From: Paramecium tetraurelia
Lineage: Eukaryota
DNA: 64,000 nucleotides
Direction of reading: 5' to 3'
Assembly: GCA_000165425.1 (NCBI GenBank)
Contig: CT868010.1
Location: forward strand, 62,001 to 126,000
Below, piece after piece: positions 52,714-64,000 of the stretch. Under the pieces are notes generated by a model that was not told where the DNA came from, did not search any database, and was given only the letters and a program-made list of their open reading frames with translations. The position numbers were made by a program, and so were the translations under genes. Each line of letters begins with the position of its first letter. Positions within the stretch are counted from its first letter, which is position 1.

Positions 52714-54218
52714 AAATAAATCAAAAAATTAATTAATATGTCATTTTTAATATCCTGATAAGTGTGTAACAGATACTACTGCCCAAGTTAATACTACACG
52801 CCAAACTGAATTCATTTTTGATGAAAATAGTGCTACTTGTAAATAAGTTATATGAATTGAATTAATGAATTTTGTCCATATTCTATATAATAAGTAGCAT
52901 TATTGATAAAATGCTAATTATTGGCTAAAATAAATGGTTTAAGTATGATAAAGAGGAAAAGAAAATTTGGAAACATTATCAATTCTGAATGAGAAGCAAG
53001 AGAATTTTCGGTAAAGTTTGTTTATGATAATTTAAGCAAATTAAAAATTAGTCAATTTTATATTTCCAATTTGCATTTTTAATAATATATTATTAATATA
53101 ATAATTTATATCTACAATCACTCTAATCAACTTGTAAGTAGTTATTTGAAATTTAAATCTATAATTGATTAACCTCAATTTTCGTAGATCATTCATATTG
53201 AAAATCTATTTTTAAAGAAAATTAAAACTGTATATATCTTTTAATCATACCATTTTCTTGATTTATTCAGATTAATATTCTTATTGTGAATCTATATTAC
53301 CTCTAATTTTTTGCTTTTTCTAAATAGAATTGTATTTAAGTTTAAGGCTTGAATGATGGGAACTAAGATGCTTTATTAATCTACTATTTTTTTTGCATTT
53401 TAATTAAAGTAATTCTATCCACTTTATTAAGATATTTTAATTTTCTTTGAATATTAGGTTTAATTCATTTCTCACTTTGATTACAGAAGTGAGTCGGAAT
53501 CATATGCAATATTTTAAATATCAATTCTTTTAAAATTAGTAAGATCATAATTAACTTTTAAATCTTGACCAAGGTCTTTGAAAGTTTTTAGAAATCTAAT
53601 CTATGAATAGATATATAAATGGCACTAAGTATTCAGATGTTAAAATTAAACTTCAGATCTATATTCTATGATTAGTGAAAAATTCTTCTATGTACATCTT
53701 TAGCTCAATATACAATTTATTTGAATACTTCTTACTTGAAAAGGTGTTTAAATTGTAACTACCCCAAGAATTCAATTAAAAGATTCTTGTTTTACTTTTG
53801 AAAAAGTATTAGTCATTTTATTGGTTCAATCATTGTTTTGAAATCACCACAATATCTTTCTCTTCAGAGTTTCAAAAATTACAAAAAATTTGTCAAAAAA
53901 CAATTATAAGTAAGTTCTGAGCTAAAGAAATAATCAAACAGAGGAAAAGTTACGGGTTTTTAAATTAGAATTCTGTCTCAATTTAAAGAATAGAGTTAAT
54001 AATAAAGAACTATCTCAGAATTTGTATAAGAGAATAAATCAGGATATCAAATTTAGTAATAAATATAATAGGATCCTTAAAGTTCGAAATCACTCTATAT
54101 AAGATTTGCCTTATGAAAATACAAAGGAAGTTTAATGATATACTTTAATGTTTATATTCTTAGGCGTATTTAAAGTCTTATAAAGTTGATTGTGGAATAT
54201 TTATAATTTTATAATTAA

Positions 54219-54654
54219 TCATTAAGTTTGTAGAGTGCCTTTGACGTGAGTAATTCTTTTGAACTGTTTTTGATTTTGGACTTTGATTTTGTTATAGTTT
54301 TCTTCTCTGAGTGATTTGGTTGACCAGCGAACGGGTGCTTCACAATAGATTTAGGTATTTATTTACATGAATTTTGCTTATTTTCTGTGTTCAATTTCAT
54401 ACAATTTTTTAGAGAGAATGAGATTAGATTCAATGATGCGAGAGAGTATTTACTTTTATTTGAAATATTAACTATTTTTGACCTTTCTGTTGGCATCCCT
54501 TTCTAGATAAATGATGTCAGAAATTACGTCTCTGGAGTTGGAGTTCGACTTCATTTGGGAATTTGTAATTGCGATGCTCTATATTATCTACTGTCTGTTT
54601 ATGTTTTGCATATAGTATTTGCCATTACTGAGACTGGAATTTATTATTATTCAT
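54219..54654 (-). CDS. CFAP97/Hemingway-like ciliary protein
   Basis: KHKQTVDNIE...RIIESNLILSKKLYEI...RSLVNQITQRENYNKIKVQNQKQFKRI; two introns. Confidence 0.62.
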
Positions 54655-54754
54655 TTAATATTTAGGTTTTAGTATATATGAATTGTTGTTGAAAGGGCGA
54701 AGGAATGGTTATAGATCCTGGCCCTTAGAATATAACAATTAAATATTATAATTA

Positions 54755-57231
54755 ATGAATTCCAACAATAATAATAACAATGACAGTTCAAGCGAGGACG
54801 ATATGTAGGTGTATGAAACGCTTACGAAATTGCCTCCTGCAAACGAATTATTGCCTAGGAAATTGACAATTGATATTGATGTAAAATCATTGTACCCTCT
54901 CAAGTGAATAATAATATTAATACATATAGATCATTGCCATAATTTTGTAAAACTTATGTCCCTTTTTTAGAAGAATCCACACATCGCAATTGTGCAATTT
55001 CTGAAACTCCTGTTGGCGATGACAATAGAACTCTCCTTGATTATTATGATGAAAATAAACAAAATCTTGTATTTAAGCGATTTGATCAGTTGGATTTAGG
55101 AAAAAGGACTAGCAATGACAGAACTTATTTTGCCACTCTAATTGCTAATTTTAAAAAGTATTTACTATGCTTAACAAAGGACACAGCCAAGAGTCTTCTT
55201 TAGAGGAGAAGCACTTTTTGATTAAAAATTAACATCCTGCGCTTCTGATTAAATACAATTCGATTCAAATTTTGAATCGGGCAACCTCTTTTGCGCCTTT
55301 AAGAAATCAGAAAACGTGTATGATTTGATCATTTAAAATGATATTAATACAAGGGGAAACACTTAATGGTTCTTTTTTAGTGTAACTGGAGCTAAGGCAG
55401 GATAGACCATATAATTTAATTTGCTCAATCATGTATAAGATCGTTTTTCATAACAATCTAGTTGAAAAATGGCAGTCTTTTTAATGAGGGATTGCAACCA
55501 GCTGTCTATTCTATTAAGGATAACCAACTAAGTGGAACTGAATGGTGTAGAGATGGATTCAACATTAGCTATTTTAAAAGTCAATTTATGAAGGAATACC
55601 CACTTTCACTGAAGAAAAAGTACTATCAATTGAGATTTCATTACACCTTCAAGCACAATGATGACAAGGTCTTCTTTGCTCACTCCTATCCATACACATA
55701 CACAAATTTATTGGAATACTTAAATACACAGTTAGACGATCAAGAAAGAAATCAGTACACTATATTTCTATAAATAGACATCTATCACGTAAAGTTCTAT
55801 GTACAACACTCGGAGGGAATACTTGTGAAGTGCTGACCATTACTTCAAATTCACTTTAGCGTAGAGCCTATAGAAAAGGTGTAGTATTTCTAGCTAGATA
55901 ACATCCTGGGGAACCTTAAGGCTCTTATGTAATGCAAGGAATCATCGACTTTCTAACATCTAATAACCCTTAGGCTGAGTATTTGAGATAGAACTGCATT
56001 TTTAAATTATTCCCAATGATGAACCCAGATGGAGTTATTAATGGAAACTATAGATGTGGTTTGGAGGGCAGCGATTTAAATCGAAGATGGAAGAAGCCAA
56101 ATAAGTATTTACATCCCAGTGTCTATTATGCTAAAAAATATGTCAAAGGGTTTAGTAAGGAGAGATAAATCATTCTTGTCATTGATTTACATGGTCATTC
56201 AAGAAAGTAAGTTTAATATATATACCATATTAAGATAGTCCTCGTTTGTTTATGGATGTGCTTATTCTTCTTAAGTTAAAACTATCGAACGAGTGTTCGC
56301 TTTGTTGATGGCTAAATTAAATCCATTTATGGATTATCCCTCTTGTACTTTTAGGATTGAGAATTCCAAAGACAAAACAGCCAGAATACAACTTTGGAGA
56401 GAATTAAAAATCAATTGGGTTTATACTTATGAATGCAGTTTTTATGGTCAACAGAAAAAACATTACTAGATCAAAGATTATCTTAACTGTGGTGTTAGTA
56501 TTTGCAATGCCCTATCATAAATTGTAAAAGATACATCAAAAGAATTCACCAATCAAGCCAATGTCCCTGATATCTAATAATAAATACTAGAGGAATTAGG
56601 CAAGATGCCACAGACTGATGATTTAGATAATGGATCCGATTCCAGTTAATCTGAAGCTGAATTATCAGATGATGAATTAGTTCAATTATTTTAACCCAAG
56701 ACTTATTCAACTAAACAAAAAAACTACTTAAAGTAATAGGAATTCAATAGCAAAAAAAAACCTTTACCTGTTAATCCAAAATCTACATTAAACTCTTAAA
56801 AAGCATCCATTTTATAAGAATCCCCTTCTAAAAACTCAGAACAAAAGCCTCCCATGAGCAGTTAAAAACCCAAGAATACACTCTATAGAATCTAAGCTCC
56901 TTAACGGCTAAAATAGATTGAGTAGGCCAAACAACCAGATCCTCCTCTCATGGTTGATAAATCTGTATAGACAGATGATTGGATGTACAGATAATGGCTC
57001 ATTCAAATGGGAAAGATGAAGAAACAGTAAGAATTTCTGAGTGTTACTCCAACAAGAAATATATATAAATCTTCATCGCAATCAGTAACTAGATTTATCG
57101 TTAAGAATTCATCAACAAAAAACGATAGAGGCAGGATAGATTCAATTTCATTAGTATCTTCAGGGCTATAAAACAAATTAAGTAAATATTAACTATCAAA
57201 TAAGTTTCCTCTAGTCAATAGCGGTAAATGA
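54755..57231 (+). CDS. Cytosolic carboxypeptidase (CCP/Nna1/AGBL, M14) tubulin deglutamylase
   Basis: [57 protein letters not shown]. Confidence 0.95.
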
Positions 57232-57852
57232 TGAGATACTCTGGCAGTAACTTTATGTCTTGATATTATATAATATTATTTATTGATCTCACATCTTTAT
57301 TGAATTCAAATTATAATAAAAACTAATTCGATTTTATCGAGTGTATTATTTCATATAATAATCTCTTTTAAAATTGATATTGTTATTTCTGACAAATATT
57401 TATATATTTGTTGATGCGTTATATTTTATCTCATAACTACTTCTAATTATATAAACAAATGTAGATATCTTATTTAATCTAAGCATTATCTTAAAGTATT
57501 TTGATATTTATTAATTCGTTCTTTATTGATATCATAAGGACTGATATTATCATGAATATTTAATTAAATTTAAAATTAGAAAAGGATAATTATTTTTATG
57601 GTTAATCACAAAAATAAAATATTATAGGTTCAACTTAATGATTTATCATTGCTACTTATATTATTTTCATTATATGTAAGACTTTTACAACAATCTAAGA
57701 GTAATGAAACAATAAATATGCTTAATTATTTATCTTTAAAGTTTGAATGGTAAATATTTCATTAATTTTTATCAAAATTACATTGACACCCATTTTATAT
57801 TCCCTAAAGATTTTTAATTTCAATATAAGGATTGGTTTAATAATTATTATAA

Positions 57853-59272
57853 ATGTTGCATAAAGTAATTCTCAAAACCAAAATTTACAGTTGTATCTTA
57901 ATAACATTTTCAGGAATAATAGCCATGCTGGCTTGTGTATTAGCTGGTTAAGTGAGTGATTATGAAGTGAAAATTTATGGAACTCTTTATGCAATAACAG
58001 CATTTATTTTTATGGCGATCAACATCTATGTATTCTATAGATTATAAACGATCAATCTGATCAATGCAGAGATCAATAATTCTAATTGCTTTTCGTCATG
58101 GAATGTACTTTACAACTCAATTTTAAATAATTCAGATTTATGGTTTTCTAAATATGTGTTAAAATGCTTAGTCGTCATATTATTCCATAGTACTCTTAGT
58201 TTCATAACAAGATTGAAATATCATAATGATACGTTTGAGTTCACATAAAGTATTTCATAATTAAACTAGATATATCAATTTCAATTGTACTTTTTATAGT
58301 CATGTTTATTTTGGGATTCTTATTGCAATTTTACTTGGTGATGCAGCTGATATAAATGTTGGCTGATTTTAAGGATTATTCAAAGGAAATAGTCTTCACT
58401 TTTCACATCAAGGAAACTTTGTAAGAGGAGAAACAGTATAAAAGTGGAATTACAATGATTGCAATGATCTTTATGCTTGGTTCTATTGCATATTATGCAA
58501 TTAAATTGGCTTTGTATATATTGATAGCTAAGAACAATGAAGAAATTAATACTAAAGTGTTTTCGATTATAGTATCGATTCTAAATGTAAGTTGCATAAT
58601 ATTATGTGCAAGTATATACCTACAACTTAAATCTATCTATCATCAAATCCCAGATATTTAAGATGTGACTATCTATAGTTATAACATCCCATGTTTCACA
58701 GGATGGTTTATTTTGGTAAGATCTCTAGTTTTTTCTAACAAATTTAGATTTTGGAGGAACATAACATTCATTTTGTTGTACATCCAAACTATTTATGGTC
58801 TGATCAAATTTCCTTTTTATAAGATATATGATGTTACAATAGAATAAATGTTCAGTCTTGAATCTTATCTATATTGTGATACAGCTATAATAGTAGCATT
58901 AATGTTTTGGTAGTTTATCGAATAGTTTGCCAGAGTCATTCACCAAGTTAAGAGGAAATATCTTGCATATTAATTTGAGGATCAGAGTGTATGTTAAAAT
59001 ATTTATTATAGCAAAATAACATTCTGCCAGTTTCAATAGATGTATAAACAGAGGAGTTAGGAAGAATTCAAAATTAGTCAATAATAGATAATTTAGTGGA
59101 GAATGCATAGCAAGATTATGGAGAATGTTGTTTTTGTTTGGATCAAATTTCAAAAGGCTAAAGAGTGCATAAATTAAAATGCCATGCTACTCACATTTTC
59201 CACTATTACTGTATGTCCAAATGGCTGGCTAATCATAATAATTGTCCTTTGTGCTAATACATTATAAACTGA
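57853..59272 (+). CDS. Multi-pass membrane protein with C-terminal RING-H2 (putative E3 ligase)
   Basis: Many hydrophobic segments; ECCFCLDQI...LKCHATHIFHYYCMSKWL..NNCPLC-QYIIN-TGA; internal splice pattern partly unresolved. Confidence 0.78.
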
Positions 59273-59393
59273 AATTGTTTATTTTGAATTTTATAAATTA
59301 TATGCATAATTACTATTTAGAACATTAAATAAATAATATTATTAAGATGAGATAATTTAAATTGTGAATCTAATATTTCAGCATATTATCAGT

Positions 59394-60361
59394 TCAATAA
59401 TATGTATATAAATATATCAATAGGCTGTTGCCAAATAGGATCTAACTGAAAAGTACAAATCTCGGAAATGGGATGTATTTCTGGTATGGAATTAATATGA
59501 ATTAGAAGCAACTGAAGAATAAAAAGTACAATCTCAAGGTTTTGAGTGTGACATTAATGCAATATTCATGTAGCAAGGCTGTAACCAAATAAGTCATTAA
59601 GAGTGCCTTTGTATTGTTTCCCTTTTTGCTCAACCTTTAATAAATATTGATTTTAAGAAAATTGTGGACTTGTTTATTCCACTTTCTATTTAATTACCCA
59701 AAGCCATCTGCATTCCACCAATCCTCATAGAAGATGACATTTTCAACTTTGGTGATTTCTTTGAAAAAACCAAAAAAATAGTCAAATATTAGATAGTGAT
59801 TGACAACAATAAGAATGCCTAATCGAAATGAATAATTTATGATAAACTTAGATAAGCCATAATTCATATAATTCGGCTTTATTTCGTACGTAATATAATA
59901 AAAGTCCCATGATATTATTAATGTGGAATTTACGATACATTTGATTATTTAAATATAATTTCTTTGTTTTTTGAAAACCATTTGATTAGGTTAGCAAACC
60001 AAACATGGTACCCAAAGATATTTATTGTATTCAATAATGTCCAGTTATTCCTCACTAATTATGTACGAGTACATTTTCATGCTATATCAATATTATCAAA
60101 TTCTCACCTAAAAATGCAGGCAATGCAAGTTGAAAAAAGGGCCTCCATTATGGTTGTTTCAATCAAAGCGCTGATTAACAATGGGGTTAGCATAATAAGA
60201 TATGAGGTTTTTTTTTTGTTGATAAAGAAATAAGGTAAAAATGATATTAAATAGTAAAGGGGCCATAAAAGCAATATAGTTAAATCAGTGTTAGGGAATG
60301 GATAATTATATACTAAATAAAGTAGGTGATATATCCAAATAATTAAAATAAAATCAAACAT
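59394..60361 (-). CDS. MBOAT sterol O-acyltransferase/DGAT1-like (short form)
   Basis: FYEDWWNADGFGQLNRKWNKQVHNFLKINIY, TYLVTALLHEY (catalytic His); 26-nt intron near 60081-60106; start uncertain. Confidence 0.85.
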
Positions 60362-61031
60362 TATATTAAATATTGTTTCCGCGAAGTAATTTTTCTGTTT
60401 CCACCCTCAACTTCTCTGTTTTCTTCTCAAAATTATCTAAATATTATAAAAATTGCATCGTGTCCTTCTGTTGATCTTCACTCTCCTCTGTTTTCTCATC
60501 TATTTATTCAAGGATATATGGTTGGTTAAGCTCTTGAAGATATTAAAAAAATTAATCTTGTTATTCCTTTAATAAAATTGCCTAATTTAAATCAAATTTG
60601 AATTATACTTCATGATCAGTCCTTTTCTCCAAATATTGCCTGCAATCAATGAGTAATTTCAGCATTTTCTCTTGTAGGTTTGGAACCTCAGTTGATTGCT
60701 ACTGTGGTTGTTGTTGTTCGAAGCAGAGACTATCTTTTTTAGAAGTTGGAGGACGAGCATTCTCCTTCTAATCACTCAAAACCAGATATCTATTTAATTT
60801 AGGTAAGGGACCTTCAGGAGGTCTTTTATCAAAAGGTTCTGAGAGTGCTCCCTTTGACACTTGATTTAATAGGATGCGAGCATATAGATTTCGATTCTTT
60901 TTCCAAACTTCGTTGGTAGTCACCTAGCATAATTTCTTGGTCCAAGCTTCAACTCTGATTTTCTAATGCTTATTAAGATTTTGATAGGCTTCTTCAATGG
61001 AAAGCATCACTTTAATAAATTCCTCATCCAT
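60354..61031 (-). CDS. DUF4485 (CEP112 N-terminal-like) protein
   Basis: KIRVEAWTKKLCQVTTNEVWKKNRNLYARILL...LSEPFDKRPPEGPLPKL; one intron. Confidence 0.82.
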
Positions 61032-61159
61032 AATGACTGTTAATATATTTTATATTTATCAATATCATTCATATTCCAAATTTAATTAAGCTCTTTAATA
61101 GAATGATAAGATAGTTCTCACTTATTAACATCAATTTATTATATTATGTATTTAATAAT

Positions 61160-62355
61160 TCAACTATGATCAGTGACTAAGAAGCTTGTATTACCAAAGT
61201 CCTCTTTCAAAGGATTATACCCAGATTTAGTTGTCGTCCAAGAACTCTAAGAAAACTATTCAGCAAATTAGTACGCCTTGAAGATTTGAGAATCCATCCC
61301 TAAAATTTGTTTAACCATATGTTAGACAAAATTAAAATCGGTGGGAAAGAAGATATCTGCAACTCCTCTTTCTACTAAATATGACTCATAATCTAATCTC
61401 TCATGAGGTTTCGCCAATTTCTTAGACACAATCGGAGCATTAATAGATTCTTGGGTGAAGTTATTTTTGAGCAAATCAAAGTCTGCAATCACTAAAGAAG
61501 GGTTTTGAAAATTAGATTTGATGTGTTTCAATACTTATAATGCTCCAGTTGGTAAAAATATGCTGTTAGACTCTTAATTATTTGTTATATTACTTTCTAA
61601 TTTCCATAATATTTACTAATCACTTTTCTTAACGTATTAAATAAGAATCGATCCTCAAGATTCTCATCTTAATCTTTGTTTTGTTATTTAAATTACTGAT
61701 ACATAGCATAAACCTCTTTGATTAATGGATCACTGATTGTCTCAGCAAATTCTTGCATGTTTTCAACATAAACTTATTTCCCATCAATTACTTTGTCATG
61801 GGCAAGATTATCAAAAACCTCAAGAAATACAAAAAACCACATCTCATTATTTTAAGTATGCTATTTGTAATTCAAAAAGTCCTAATTAAATATTCTTAAA
61901 TTTCCTTTTTTGATTTATTGTTTGAAATCTTGAGACAGCCTTATTTATGCTTAAGCACATGCTTCAGGTGAGATATCAACTAAGTGATATTCCATATTTG
62001 AAAATGTTTGAGGTTAGTGATTCCTCATATAATATAAAACCCCTTCACATGCTGCACCATATCCCGCACCAATTTCTACTATTCTCAATTTCTCTTTTCG
62101 AGTGAATCGAAATTATTAATTTATATAATTCCCCAGTGTTATCCCATAATACGGTCTGAATACCTCTGATGGAGTCAACCATTAATTTTCAGGATAATTT
62201 TCTGCTAATTTTTTTGTATAATCCTCATAGCCTAGCAATTATTTAAATTCAATTGGTTTTTTGAGTGCTCCAAGCTGAATATTCTTAACAAAATATCCCT
62301 CCACTGGATGATAGAGACGATCATATATGAAATCTCTTACTAACATTCTCTTCAT
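61160..62355 (-). CDS. NDUFAF7: NDUFAF7/MidA-family SAM-dependent methyltransferase
   Basis: MLVRDFIYDRLYHPVEGYF, WLTPSEVFRPYYG, IVEIGAGYG, EVFDNLAHD, GVADIFFPTDF. Confidence 0.85.
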
Positions 62356-62814
62356 TTGATTATATATTTATTGATAATTAAAAATAATTAAAAAATTGAT
62401 AATATTATTCATTTACTCTTCTAAACTACTTCACAATAATAATTCTAATTATGTTAACCATAAATAATTGATATTTAAAAGTTGAAAACTACAATTACTT
62501 TGTGATCTTATATTTTTGTTAAATTTATCAAATTGTAAATGTTTGTTACTATCTAATTTTCTCATAAATAAATGTATAAAACAAGTTAAATAAAAATCAA
62601 GCAACATTATATTAAATTAATTAGAAGAAAAGCTTATAAAGCTTAAGTTTGTTTTAGAGAATATTTTTAAAAATCTCAAATATATTAATGTTTGATATTA
62701 TTAAGAAATAATATATGATTTAATTAAAGTTTCTTGTATAGGTTTATAATACAATATTTTTTTTTAAAAGTTACTTGATATATGTGAGAATCTCGAGCAT
62801 TATAAAATTAATAA

Positions 62815-64000
62815 ATGAAGGCAACAAATAACGAGATTGATTATAAAATGTAAAATATTGTCCATATTTATAATTGTAAATTTAATGAATAAATTAATGA
62901 ATTAATCATTATAAATCTTATTTCCTGTATTGGATACCAATTCAGGAAAAGTGATGGTAGCTGAAAAGATAAACCAAAATTAGAAAACCAAATATTATGC
63001 ATTTTAATTTCAAAATTAAGTGATTCCTAAAACCTATTTGATTGAATATGACAATGCTCTTAAAAAATCAAAACATAATGAATTATTTAGATAATATTAT
63101 GAAATGCATATAGAAACTCCAGGAAATCCGGAAATCCCATACCTCCATCTATTTCATTATTACGAAGATGGTAAATTTTTAGATCAAAAGGTGATTGATT
63201 ATGGCAAACAAAGATAATCTTTTAATTATGCAGAAATATAATTATATCTGAAAAATTTTCTAATTGCCTTGTATGAATTACATTCTAACTAAATACCTGG
63301 AAGAATCTTCTCTATTTACAACACTCTAGTTGTTTAAGAAAGGCTTGTTATAATGGATTTTGGATTTGGACCAAATATTAATCAAGATAATTTAGATATA
63401 CTGGCCCCTCCAGAATATTTAGAATAAATAATTAATAATAAAAGTAATATTTTATATATGCTTAAGATTATATCTAAAAGGAGTTCGATTTAAAATTTGA
63501 TTCTTGGTTGCTGGGAGCAATATTGTATCACTTAATTAAATTTAAATCGATAAATTAGGTTGAAGTTTAAGGAAATAGTTATCAACGATTTAAATATGAT
63601 AGAGTAGAAGAATATTATAATTATCTAAAAAACCTTGATCATATTCCATGTTAGACTACTAGATACAAAAATGATTTACTCTCATTTGTTGAATCCTTGC
63701 TTACTTGCAATAAAGATAACCGATTATCATTTGAACAAATTCATAAGCATGAATACATTTAAAATCTTGAACTTGAAAATAAAGCTGAATATATAAAGTT
63801 CTATTCTGAAAATCAATTCATTAAAGACTGTGAAATTGGTATCACTTCTACTTAAGGTTTTCAACCTGCTACTTCATAAATATCTTTTGATCTGCGAAAT
63901 AGTTTTACATAAGGACATTCAGAATCAGTAATTATAAAATAAGAAGATCATCCTTCTCCTTAGGTGACAAGAAAACCAATAAAAATCACGGAACAAATTT
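62815..64000 (+). CDS. Protein kinase-like protein, probable pseudokinase (partial)
   Basis: ALYELHSNQIPGRIFSIYN (no HRD Asp), IMDFGFG, APPEY, FDSWLLGAILY, NRLSFEQI. Confidence 0.7.

Noticed and set aside
14186..59272. Ubiquitin-system gene cluster (three RING ligases, OTU, p62-like)
   Set aside because: Interspersed among unrelated genes; these families are large in ciliates, so co-occurrence is unremarkable
59400..59950. Plus-strand coding-like frames
   Set aside because: The minus strand carries clear SOAT/DGAT1 motifs (FYEDWWN, LHEY)
5060..62800. Recurring TCGA cores in intergenic regions as a promoter motif
   Set aside because: The handful seen is about what chance would give for a 4-mer; flanks are inconsistent
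1..64000. tRNA, rRNA, transposon or IES calls
   Set aside because: No cloverleaf, rRNA-like segment, transposase or terminal repeats seen; IESs cannot be identified without a germline/MAC comparison

Overview
Very AT-rich, gene-dense eukaryotic DNA that reads as a ciliate macronuclear chromosome, most likely Paramecium (inferred). Conserved proteins only translate if TAA/TAG = Gln and TGA is the sole stop (NCBI table 6). Genes are split by tiny ~20-34 nt GT..AG introns and many intergenic gaps are only 13-120 bp. The supplied ORF track treats TAA/TAG as stops and ignores introns, so it shows mostly fragments or antisense noise. Manual translation gives about 45 genes: Myb, U2AF35, RSPH9, bZIP, START, PIG-Y, MMTAG2, a 2/2 globin, LIN-9, WD40, otubain, Aha1-N, three membrane RING ligases, TMBIM, PP2C, SPT16, a p62-like PB1-ZZ protein, a CRC/LIN-54-like protein, an ankyrin-AGC kinase, two MBOATs, CFAP97-like, CCP deglutamylase, NDUFAF7-like and a pseudokinase, plus several decayed gene relics. 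I found no rRNA, tRNA, CRISPR, telomere or transposon, and no clearly new multi-gene system. The best leads are: U2AF35 with Gln at the human S34 hotspot, an AUGUUUGA start/stop overlap between two tandem genes, a globin with an M. tuberculosis trHbN-like distal pocket, a p62-like receptor, and a few GC-rich intergenic hairpins. Coordinates are hand-derived gene spans (ATG to TGA, introns included) and family calls come from recalled motifs, not database searches.
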